NCBI GenBank assembly: GCA_036172245.1
Contig: JAYWIR010000045.1
Span: forward strand, 868,001-932,000
Length of the DNA stretch: 64,000 nt
Direction: 5' to 3'
From: Raillietiella orientalis
Lineage: Eukaryota
The notes beneath the pieces are model-generated. The model saw only the letters and a program-made list of their open reading frames with translations, did not search any database and was not told the DNA's origin. Shown here one piece after another: positions 1-11,200 of the stretch (position 1 is the stretch's first letter; every line of letters starts with the position of its first letter). Made by a program: the position numbers and the translations under genes.

Positions 1-1099
1 CGGAGGGTAGGAGGAGGAAAGGAGAACATCTGGCTCCTTTTGCTGTTTTGGGATCCGCGACCCCTTCTTCCTCCTCTTCCTTCCTATCGGCGTGAGAAAG
101 CTGGCAATCTGGGAGGGGAAGGGGAAAGAGAGAGATCCGCTGTCCACCCCGAATCCAAATTCCCCGAGCGCAGTCTCTGCCGTTGTAGACCTGCGTGCTG
201 AATCCAGGAGGCATCTCCGGCCCCTGAGAGAAGGCTGGGCGAGGGGCACAGCAAGCGAGAGAATGTGCTCTGGAAGGGAAAGAGGAGGCGGTCGATGTCG
301 GCCTGCTGACTCGCGTCAATGGTGAGGACCCGGTGGGAGGTGAAGGAGGGTCCATAGCATTCGCAGCCTTTACCGAAGCTGATGCTCACGTTGGGCAGGA
401 GGGGAGGAGGAGGGGTTTGCGAAGGACGCTTCGCCCTCCCCCCCCCCCCATTCTATTGAGCTCGCTACAACGGCATGGAAAAAAAAAAGAAAAGCCATGA
501 TGACGACTACAGTCCGAGTTTCATTCCTCCAAAAAGTTTCCGACCGTCGAGATAGTCCGTGGATGTGGTTCCAGAATTAGGTCTCCGAGGAGCAAAATCG
601 AGGTGTTGATCGACGCGAAGTACGCAGGGATCCACCATCCGGACGGCAGCAAGTGTCTGCACCACTACAGCAGCGTTGCGAAGGACATGCAAGAAAAACA
701 ACGGTCGCTCCCATAGTACCCGGGTTCTGCACAAGGTGACCTCCATGCATCGCTGGATTGTGGGTTCGCTCAGGGAGACATTGTGGGCTTGGCCGCCCTG
801 CCCCGGAGAGACAAACTCCAGTGCTTGCAGCCCACGATGCACGAGTTCATGCTGGGTCCGGTTCGGTGCTGGACACGGGCCAGAATGTGACCAGAACATC
901 GGAAACGAGAACACCTTGGGAAGGACGAACGGCAGGCTGTGCATCTCAGAGGACGACTTCCAGACCTCAGTAAGGGACGTTGTTGGGGGGTCGGCGCAAG
1001 TGGAGGTGGTAGTGGGTGGCCTTCTGGAGCCACTGCATCGCTGCCGATGCCGTCAGCGATGCAGCTGCGCCTCAGAGAACTAGGCAGCCTATGCTGAGC

Positions 1100-3300
1100 A
1101 GCAAGCAACAGTGAGTCCGAGCTGCGACGGACACGGAAGATCTGTGGATTCCGCTTCCTTGCCTGCGCGCCGCGAGGCCGACCAGGTCAAGGAACTGGTC
1201 TTCAGCGTGAAGGAGGAGCTGGAGCTCTTGCTGGCTCTTCCGCAGCGCCAGTAACCAACAGAAGAGAGCCTGGAGGAACGAAACGCAAGGGCGGAGGCTG
1301 TGCCCGAGCAGCAGGAGACTCAGCACAAGTTTTCCGGGAGACGGCCACAAACTCAACTCAACCCTCTAATGGATTCCTATTAGAAGAACAACGGAGCACG
1401 AAGCAGCAGCATCTTCAAGGGAATTTCCGAAAGTTCAGAAAACCACCGGAGGGGCTTCTGGACGTCGATCACACGCTGCTCGGCTGGCTTGTGGAATGAA
1501 GCGCATGGTTAGGAGACGGAGGAGCAGAAGGAACCGTTGTGCCTGCTGCCTCCGACTGGAAGATGCTGCCGGCGAGGATCGGGCAATCCACAAGACGCGA
1601 CGGTCCCCGAACAACACGATGTCTAGGATGCTTCCGGAAAGCCACAGGGACGAACCCATACGTTGCGCTTGGGAAACGAACTGGACGAAAGGCAACGCGC
1701 GAGGAAGAATCCCGAGAGACGGAGTGCCGTGCCCGGCTGCTACCAGGAGCACAGCGCACGCCGTCAGCGCAGACTCGAGCAAAGATATCACCACAGCCGA
1801 AAGATGCCCTCGAGCTGCCTTGAAAGAGAGCCAGCGTTTCCGAACACCCTCCAGACAGGGTAGGGAGGCCTACAGCGATGGCGCGAGTGTTAGTGATGAG
1901 ACTGTTCGATGAAGAAGGCTAAAGGAGGATGGTGCTCGAGGACCAAGCGGCGGAAGAATACGCGACCTTCAAGGATCCTTCTCCTCCGCGGACGATGCAG
2001 CCATGCGACTAAGAGGAAGTCGACGGTCAGAGGAACGGCCAGCTGATGATCCTGGAGCCCGCCTCCTCGACATGCACGTGCGTCAAATGCATCTCATGAC
2101 GAGGGTCTTCGGCGACGTCGGGCAGAGGCTACAAACCCGAGAAGGTATAAGAGTGAGGATTCGTACCGACAAGGCGTCGGGCGGAGCCTCTCGGTCACCG
2201 AGAGCTTGTGACAGGTCACCCCCGTTGGTGGCCGTGTGACTGAGATCTGCGCATGTGGCACCAAGCTTTGCGGGTTCCCGGAAAGGATCGGCCCCGAGAA
2301 ATAGTTGAATCGTGGGTTTCGAGTTCCCCACGCAAGATAAATTTGGGCGTGGCACTGGTGGAATATGGAAACCAGAGTGACCGGGATCGGAAGCTGACCT
2401 TCTGGGGTTCTTCCTGGAATCAGGGAAGGCCGCTTCCATTCGGGGTTCCCCTCTGATTATGCAAATGGGGTGGTATCAGGAGTATTTCTATCTCGTAAGG
2501 TGTAGCTGGTAGATTGGTGACTCTCCAGAGTGTCAGGAAGCGCGCTGCTCCTTTCGGAGAGTACCCTTCAAAAAAATTGGGGAGTATCCCGTCGGGGTTC
2601 TCCCCAGAGGAGAAAAAATGGAGCGGATTCTTTCGTAGTTCTCTTCGGAGAAGAAACGAGGAGCGAATTCCTCCGGGGGACCGACCCCTCAGGAGAGAAT
2701 AAGGAAGAGGTTCCCTTTGGAGATTTCTTCAGAGACAACCAGGGCGAGGATTTCCTTCGGGATTTTCTCCCAAGCGTAAAAGGACACCTCGACACGCGAA
2801 ACCCTTCGTGGATTCATAGGATGGCCCAGTAGTCCCCTCCCGGAGTACCCCTTATCTTGAAGAGTTAACACACACCCTCGGGTGACGTGGACAGGGTTGA
2901 AGAGCTTGCGTGATCCTTCCTTAAGGAGGCGAACAGTTCTTGAGTACTTATCGAAGACTTTGAAGACTCAAAGATAGTGCTTTGATCCAAAGCCTGCATC
3001 TTTTGATGGCATCAAAGACAAAACTGAAGAGTGCAACTTTCTTCACCATGAGAACAAGATGCGATGCTTGGAGGAACTCGCTGTCACCCCAAGTTTCAAT
3101 CTCCACGGCTAACGGAGATAAAGGAGCGTCTTCTATTTTGAAAGCATTTTTTTTTTAGAAACACGAAGCATCACCGAGTCGTTTTCAAGCTGAAGAGCTT
3201 CGTTTACCGAAGGTTCTCAAGAACTTGGCGACGGAAGACTGTTCGGGGACCGAAAGTACCCCTGCGACGTCAGCCGGCTGCCGAGGAGCGAGCCGGAAGT
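1100..3300 (+). pseudogene. Possible heavily decayed coiled-coil (myosin heavy chain rod-like) coding relic, interrupted by SINE-like copy A
   Basis: Scattered peptides in myosin-rod order but with stops, frameshifts and imperfect spacing: RLEDAA, LGNELDERQRARKNPER, FLKEANS, IEDFEDSK, ETRSITE then FKLKS (~EARSLSTELFKLKN), KNLATE. By-eye only. Confidence 0.3.
2228..2855 (+). mobile_element. SINE-like interspersed repeat, copy A
   Basis: A-box-like TGGCCGTGTGACTGAG (~2229), B-box-like CGTGGGTTTCGAGTTCCCC (2311-2329), internal CTCTCCAGAGTGT and 3' GGATTCATAGG, all shared with the copies at 31.2, 44.2 and 55.4 kb. Confidence 0.65.
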
Positions 3301-6300
3301 GGTTGCGAGAGCCACCTAAAGAGGATCCTGAAGTTGCTAGCGATGCAAGTAGAGAGCATCCGTTGGAGGTTCAGCGCACCGGCGAGCCGCCAGTGCGCTG
3401 AACGCTTGCAGATGGCAGCACGGCCAGAGGTCGGCCGGCTGTGGCATCTTCGAAATACACGTTCCCGCCAGTCAGCACCACCCTTTCGCGCCCATCCAGT
3501 CAAGGGGGATCGGAGGGAAGCTCTGCCAAGTCTGCACCAGGGCAGGCGAAGCACTCGGATCTTGTAGGTAGCTCCCTTTCGAGCTGCTGCCCCGGGCAAG
3601 CGCGCGCGGCGAGGTCCCTCAACTGATTTGTTTCAAAAGGCGCGGGGTGCAGGAGGGCAACCGGTCTGCTCCGAAGGAGCGTGTCTCCTCTTGGCGAATC
3701 CGCTGCGGGCTGCCTTGTGGATCCTAGAACGTGGCATCCGATCTCTGGACGTGCTCTTCGAAACGAAGCCGTCGCATGACCCTCGGTCTGCATACCCGGG
3801 TGAACAAAGTCGTAGTCTTGGGGGAGGAGATCGCTGAAACATGTTGGCGGTTCTGGATTCTCCCCGTCTGAGGGTGAGAAATTAATGGCCGTGGCAGGCC
3901 GCGGGACCAGCAGCTTTGCGGGAGGTGGGAGCGTCGTCGTCCTTGGAGACGACAGTGCGATCGCAAACCGTAATGCGAGTTTCCAAGTGAGAGAGGGCAT
4001 GGAGCACCGTCTCCCCCTCCACTTCCCTGCTCCTGGCAACGCATCGCCCCCCACCCCCGGCGAACGCGACGCTCTGGACAGCGTCTTGAGATCGGCAGAG
4101 AAGTCGAGGTCGCGGATGTCGCCTCGAGGTACGCACCACCGTCGGCACAGGGCGCGCGGCTCCGCTGTCTGCTCAGCTTTGCGCCGCCCTCTTGCTTGGG
4201 AGTGGCGTCGCGGATCGAAGGTCGAGAGGATCACAGCAGGAGGGTCTCGTTCGCGTGAGGTCCTTGCAGGGAGAAAAGGAAGAGCGAATCCCTGGAGCGA
4301 GCAGCGGGAAAAACCGGGACCCACTTTTTCCTGTATTCACCACTCCGACGGGCCGTGCGCCTTCTCGGGAAGCACGCCCCGAGGAAAGCTGACCTTGGAT
4401 GCCAGCGACCGCCTCATCCCCGCGGCCTGCATTGGCAGACAACCGTGTCCTTCGTGGCGCTCTCTCCTTGGAAGAAGAGTATTCGTCCATCCCCACAACT
4501 GCCTTCTCTTGGAGCGTCCGTCCCCGAACGATCTTCCCGGTGCACGACTGGGTTGCAGGGATAGGCAGCTGACGCGGGACGTCTCGCGCTTTTTTCCTGG
4601 TCTCCTTGCCTCCCTAACGGATCCGGGAGGTTCGTATGGGAGAGACCGCGGTGTTTCTCCCTTGTCCCTATCGCGTGGGAGAGAAGGCGTGCACCCTTCG
4701 GGCGATAGTCAGCACTCGACGGGGACGAATCGCGGTGAAGGTCGACCATCCTCGCTCCTCGGAAGCGATCCGTCCGGGCTCTGCTGCCTTCCTTTGAGGG
4801 ACACAGGAAGGGAGGGAAGGGAACGGAGGTCCGTTTTCCAGCGTTTGGCCACACTCCAGTTGACACGTGCGCTCCAAGCGAGGCGGCAGCCCCGAGGATA
4901 GAAATCACCATGTAAAAGCGCGCGCGCTCGCGAGCATCACCGCCGCCGTTCGCGGGCGGCCGCGCGCTGATGGCTCTATCTGGGGCTGGGGAGGGAGGGA
5001 AGCGTTTTGTTGAGAACCGGAACACGCGGCTCCCGGGCCGCAGGGAGGGAAGGGGGGGGGGGTGGAAGAAAGGGGGAGGAGAAGGGAAGAAAGGGAGAGA
5101 GGGGGAAAGAGAGAGAGAGGGAGAAAAAAGACATCTCGTGAAATTGGGGGGTTCCGCCCTCCGCCGCCGCAGAAAAGCTTGCAAAAAAGAAAACCATGGG
5201 AACGGGAAGATGTTCCGGACGGAGGGAGAGGCTGCGGCCTTTCCCGCGCCCGCCGAGGGGCGGAGCAGCGCGGCTCAGCGGCGGCATAGGGAACTCCACG
5301 GACACAGTCTCCTTTTCCCGCCGCTGCGGAGCGCGCTCCGAAGGACGCGCCGCCTGTGGTCCGTTCCTCATCACTCCCTCTCCTCCCCCTCATGGAGTCC
5401 GAGCTCATCTTGGTAACCCCGAACTCCGGTCGAGCTCCATTCTCGCCGGCAGGCAGAGCTTCAGAGCCTCTCGGGGACAACCGTGGGAGGAAGGAGACGC
5501 GACCAGAGAGAGTTGCCTGGAAGCGACTTTCGGGAGCCATAAATGAGCAAAGGGTCGTCGAGAAGGAAGACACACACTTGAGGAAGAAAGGTCACGGCCA
5601 AGGTCTCCTCGGTGGAAGAGGGGAAGCTGCGCCCACAAAGGTGGGTGGTCATGGACGACGCGAGCAGAAGCCTGAGAACCGAGGAGGGTGGGGAGAACGA
5701 GCCTTGGGCGAGCGAACTCTCCTCTCCCTCCCTTCTCTCCTTCCGCACCCGCTCCTACCGACAGCTCAGGGAGATGTAGACGATGAGGAGACCAGCCGTT
5801 CCGCATGAGACGCGCTCTTTCTCAAATCCAGACCACCTTCGCTTGCAATGGAGGGCAAGAGGGAGTTCCCTCGCTCACCTCTGGCTTCGAGGAGGAAGAA
5901 AGGATTAAAGGGAGGAAGAGAAGAGCATCGGCTACTGAAGGCATGAATGGAGAAAGGGGAATGAGATGAAGGGATCAAAAGGACAAAGTGCAGAGTTTTC
6001 GGTAAGGAGGAAGAGCCCTCACTGATGGACGCAGCAGGTGTTGTTGTCCAAGTATCATCGACGGTCGAGATCTCACGACCCTGCGCAGTTAGGGGACCTC
6101 CGCGAACTGGCCATCTTCCTCATGCGCGAACCGCCTAGGGGTCCAAGAAGAGAGAGAACAAAGCCGCTCAGGGAGCAAGGGAAGGAGGACCGACCCTGTG
6201 ATAAGGAATGCTAGGGTGTGCTCTCGAGCGCATGCCCCGATGACGCCCACCTTGAGTGCCCCGCGCGACAAGAATTAAGGGAGAGGTGTCTCCTCGCGAC

Positions 6301-6769
6301 GAGCTGAAGAGGAGTTAGGTCAAGTGGGAAAGAATGGGAAGATCGTGCGGGACGGGGAGTCACTGCTACCACCTCCGGGCTCACTCATTGCCTGGCCGCA
6401 GGTGGGCCAGCCGAAACCCTTCTCCCCTTTCTTCCTTAAACCCTTTGATCCTTCTTCCCGTTCAGGTGGTATCGAGCTCCTCTCATTGCAACTGCCACTT
6501 CAAAACTCTCCGTCCTCTCCCTCAGCGTAGAGGAGGAAGATCTGCCATCTCCCGCTTTTTGAGTTGCAGCGGCTTTCCTCCCTCCTTTTCGCGCCATCCA
6601 CCTGGAAAGTCTCTTTTTCTTCCGGATTAAGAGGATCACCTCCTCCAGGAGTCTCTGATCACCAAAGGACATTCCATCCATCCCTACAGGGTCCATCTCC
6701 CTCCCATAACACGGTAGCCGAGACCTCCCTCATCGCTTCCGGACGTAGAAGCGTAGCGGGAGAAAGAGA

Positions 6770-7370
6770 GATAGAGAGTTGGCATCCTGAATCCTGGAAG
6801 ACAGGGAAGACCAAGTGGAGCGCATCATCGGGGAGGAACAGGGAAGCTTTCTGGATGGATCATCTGATAGTCTTCCGGCAGCCGGGAACTTGCGCCTTCG
6901 CTTGATTGATCGTTCCGCCGGGCAAGGCGTACGGGAGGGCGGGCTCGGCAAGGGTCACTGGACCAATCCGCGTAGAGAGAGTCGGGGCCCGCAGACGGAG
7001 GAAGGAGATGGACCGCAAAAGGAACGGTCTTCAGGATGAGCTACTGGGAGGGTTCCCTGCTTACTTTCCTTCCCCTCCGTGCCGGAAGATGCATTCTTCC
7101 TTTTTCTTCTCCTTTGCTCCTCCCTCAATTCCTTCCGGGGAAGAAGTACGGACGCTAAAAGGAAGGTCGTCACACCCTGAGCATGCTAACTGCCACGCGC
7201 GAGGTTCACTGACCGGGACGTCCCCGGAGATCGAAATCGAACGTCCCAGGATAGAAGAAATGTCCGCGAACTGGTCGCCTTTCTCTTCCGCCACGGGAAC
7301 ATGGGTGGTGGTGCCAGGAGGTTTTTGCGCCTCGAGGACTACTCCAGCTGCTTCACTGCCGAGAGACAAC
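6770..7370 (+). mobile_element. Decayed RTE-clade LINE reverse transcriptase relic
   Basis: WHPESWKTG (~MPEEWRRS) and SIPSGEEVRTLKG..ARGSLTGTSPEIEIERPRIEEMSANWSPF (~GVAEKYVRVVQD..VRCAVGVTEEFKVEVGLHQGSALSPF). Confidence 0.45.
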
Positions 7371-7375
7371 CAGGA

Positions 7376-7418
7376 CTGGGTCACTAATGGTGGGTCACTG
7401 TCACCATTAGTGACCCAG
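7376..7418. repeat. Perfect 17-bp inverted repeat with a 9-nt spacer
   Basis: CTGGGTCACTAATGGTG-GGTCACTGT-CACCATTAGTGACCCAG. Confidence 0.9.
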
Positions 7419-7799
7419 CATTCGCTTCGTGCGAGTCCAGCGATCAGCGGTGGTTCGTTCCGCACGTCGGGAATGGTCTGCTCCTTTCTTCTCTCCTCTC
7501 TGCCGCCTCCGAATTCCCGTGGATGCAAAGGAAAGACTGCCTCATCCGTTTTGCAAGGCCCGACCTGAGGACCCCTCTTTCCTCACGGTGTCGTCAGAAC
7601 TGACCCACTCCTCGCTCGGTTTGCGGTCGACCTGGCAGAGGGGGAAAAGGACGAACCCGGAGGTGGAAGAGAAGAGAGGAGTGCATCTTCGAATTTCGAG
7701 TAAGAAAGGAAGGTGAGGACGAAGAGAGGGAGCAACAAATGGCGCGCCCAAAATGCGGGTGCTTTCCTTGGTTGCTTTTCCCTAGTATTCTACTAGATG

Positions 7800-8250
7800 G
7801 AGCTGCCGCTCTCGGTGCCAATCGAAACCGTCATATTGTTGGCGCGATCCCGTCTGTATCCTTCCTCCTGGACGCACGTAGGCTCCATTCCCAGTGGCAT
7901 CCACGTGACCTTCTTTTTGCTGTCGGCAGCATCTGCCTTCCCTCTCGTTCGCGGGCTCCTGTGGAACGCGCCAACAGAGTTCTCCTTTCAATCACGTCCT
8001 GGCGCATCCCAGGCCGGATCCCGTGGAAACACAGGTCATCTTTTGAACACAGGATGCACCACCACATGTTCTTTTTGTCGCGCTACTCCTTCTAGTTTCC
8101 AAAAATACTCTTTCTTCCACTTTCTCTCATCCATGCCTGTTCTCCCCTCTTCCCGTTCTAGATGGCTCTTTGGAGTAACCTTTCCTTTAACGCAGTCAGC
8201 AAATGGAGAGAAGGCATTGACGACGCACACTACGCACATTCCTCGGAGTC
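7800..8250 (-). mobile_element. Decayed RTE-clade LINE APE endonuclease relic
   Basis: VCVVNAFSPFADC..KKEYFWKLEGVARQKEHVVV (~VNVVSAYAPQVGC..EKERFWSELDEV..ERVVI) and GAREREGRQMLPTAKRR (~GVKERNLEGQMVVDFAKRM). Confidence 0.5.
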
Positions 8251-11200
8251 TCTGTGGGTGTCCAGATGACAGCCCCCAAATGCTTCCCTCCCACTCCCCA
8301 CTGAACTCATGGAACGGGCTCCTTTCCTCGACTCACCATCTGCCTCGAACACCTCGTTTTCTTCACCGCGCGAGCCGGCGTTCCCTTGTGGACTCCCGAC
8401 CCTCTTCCCCAGGAGTTCTGTCGCTCTCTCGAAAAGCCGTTGGTGCGGAAGAAGTGGGTTAGCAGCATCCTTTCAGTCGGAGCCGCATTCTCTTTCAACA
8501 CTTTTGTTCGAAACTCGGAGAGAGAAGTCGGTTTTTGTTCCTTTGGATTGTGGAAAAAAAAAAAAAAAAAAATGGAAAGAGAATTATCACCATGGCGAAT
8601 GTTGTGGGAATTTCAAAAAAGCGAACGAAAATTCAGAGCCGAAAAAAGAAGTCAGAGGACAGAGGAAAGAGAAGAAGGAAAACATTAATTTACCGGGTGT
8701 TCTTGCACAGCAGGAGCGTGAGGAGCGAAACTAGGGCTCTTTGGATAGATCAGCTGAGAAACATCGTTCTTCTTCCGTGTGTATTTTTTCAACAACGTTT
8801 CTGAATCCGAGTTTGCTCGTCTTCCAAGGAGGGGGGAACAAAGTGGGGAAGAGAAATCTCCTTCACCGCAGAACAGGTAACGGAGATCCTCCTTGCGTCT
8901 GAGCGGCGGTGGCACTGGTATCTGGAGGGCGCAGCTGGGATAACGAAGAGGGAAGCCACTTCAGCTGCTCTCTTTTCTGAGTGCGTACATCCTTCTTCTG
9001 AGGATCGAAAGACGGAGGAACGCAGGCTTCTGTTTCTCACCCGGGTGCGCCGGGGCTTTTATTGCTAAACTATTCAGGAACACAGTTCGCAAGGCTTCTG
9101 TGGCGTTCATGTGGCGCCCCAGCAGAGATGTGAAGCGTACTCGCGAAGGCGGAATGGTTTCAGTAAAACAAGGTCCACCTGAAGAGAAAAACGAAAAAGG
9201 AATAAGCAGCCCTTTTCCACTGATGACTTTTTCTTCTGAACTTCAGATTTCCCCTTTGCATCATCCACTTCGATAGTTAAAAAAAAAAAAAAAAAACAAG
9301 AAAGTTCAACTGCCAGCGCAATTTCCACGTGCGTGTTTTTCCGTATGCTTCGAGGATGAGTGTAGGGCCGATCAGCTTAGCCTAGGAAGGCATTTTGCAC
9401 TTTGCATTGTTGAGGGGGAGCAATTATTGCCTATAAATAGAATGGTGGCGCGAGGGAAATTTTGTCGTTTGGAGGGGAGGGGGAGCTCCATTCAGTCCGC
9501 GCAATCGTTTCGTTGCGCACATCAAAATGTCTTGTCAACCGTGGAAACCAGGAGAGAAGGGGGAAGGGGGGAAGGAAGAAGGAAGAGGAAGGGGGGGAGT
9601 TGAAGGTGTGAAAGGGAGATTTTTTAAAAGCACCTCGGCCTGGCTTACTGTTCCACTTGAAGCTTGGAACAAGCGCTTATATAGCATCAATGAACGCGCC
9701 TCCAAGGTGAAAATCACCGAAGAGATTAGTCGAGGAGCTGCCCTGCCTCAGAGGAAGGGAAGGCTCAAGAGGGGCAGAAGAGGGGGAACCTCTCATCTCT
9801 CCCGGTCCACTCCGACCTCCCTCCGTTCCGTCAGGGAGCGGTTGCTGCCTCTCGGCTCTGGCAGGACGTGGGAGAGCGCACGCTTCGCGGATCAGAGCTC
9901 GGAAAGGCGCGCAAAGGATGCTTGCAGGTGACCACACCCCTACGGAAGGGAAGCAAGGGGAGTGGGGGGAAGAGGTGGAACGAGCGATACGGTGGGTCAG
10001 AGAAGGATCATCGGAAAGTCCCTCCTTCCGAAGTGGCGCATCCCACGCTGGCCGCCTGGCGCGGGTCTGGGCGTCGAGCCGCTGCTCGCGCCGCCGCCGT
10101 TCGCTCCCGGCGGCGGAGGCAATGCCGCCTTCACGCGCGAGTCGAATCGCCAGCAATCGATCAAACGCGCGCACACAAAAAAAAATTCTCATTACGCCAG
10201 CTCGGCCTGATCGCCGCGCATGCATCCGGAATAATCCTTTACACTCCATGTAAAATAAACAATCGCCCGGTAATCCCCCTCCCGTGTCCGGGATCGCAGC
10301 ATGCACTTCGTCCCCCCCATTTGGAGGGAACGAGAGGATGGGGGAGCGTCTTCCTTCCTCCCCTCTTCTCCTCCTTTGTATGTGTGTGTGGGTGGGTGGG
10401 TGTTCTCCTTCGCTTCTACTTCTCCAGTGTCGGGTGCACCCCTGAAAGTGCCCCTTCCCTGGGAGAACTCGAGAGTCGACGTCCTCGGTAAGCGGGAGGA
10501 CGAGGACGTTGGCTGATGACCCATCCTCCGTAGCAACAGTGAGAGAGGTTACCATCGCTACGCAGGCGTCGGAGGGCGGCGGCCTGGAAGAACTTCAGGA
10601 GGCGAGTGGGGAGGGAGCGGACGGCGGTGCCTCTGAGGTTTCCACCGCGCAGAGTGATGCCCCGGGAGCGGACATGGAGGGGAAGGAGGGGATCCGTCCC
10701 CACCCGCCTCTTCCCGCTCGTGCCTTCTCCCTACCGGCTTCGCTGAGCCGGGATTCCCGTGCTCGAAGCGGCTCCCCAGCCGCCGGGAGCGGGTCGCGCG
10801 TGAGGGACGCACGCTCGTCCAGGTCGGGAAGACATCTCGCTCGTTTAAGGACGCCGCAGGGGTGCCTGGAGGGAAGGAGGGGATACCGGAACCGGGTCGC
10901 ACGTCCTGATCCCGCGGTCGCTCCCGCCGTGGGCCCTCAGCGGGAGACGCCTCCGGGATTGGTCGCCCTCCCGAGACGGGGAGTGCGCGGTGGCGGCTCA
11001 ACCCTTCCCAGGAGGCACGCGCGTTCCGCACGAGAGCGTTCCCGTGCGTTCTCGGAAATCGTGCTCGTTCCGCACCGGGACGCGCGCGCTGTATCCCGGA
11101 AGTAGGGCGCGCGCCTCCTTCCATCCCGGGGACGCCAGGAAGGAAGTTTCGACTGGGGGCGAGGAAAGGGGGTAGGGGAGCCGGAAACGCGAAGACCACC

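Noticed and set aside
3885..4901. 338-aa ORF on the plus strand
   Set aside because: Same GC-rich artefact signature with no family motifs.
5041..5130. Long polypurine / G-rich tract
   Set aside because: Such tracts are common throughout the window, so this one is not specifically informative.
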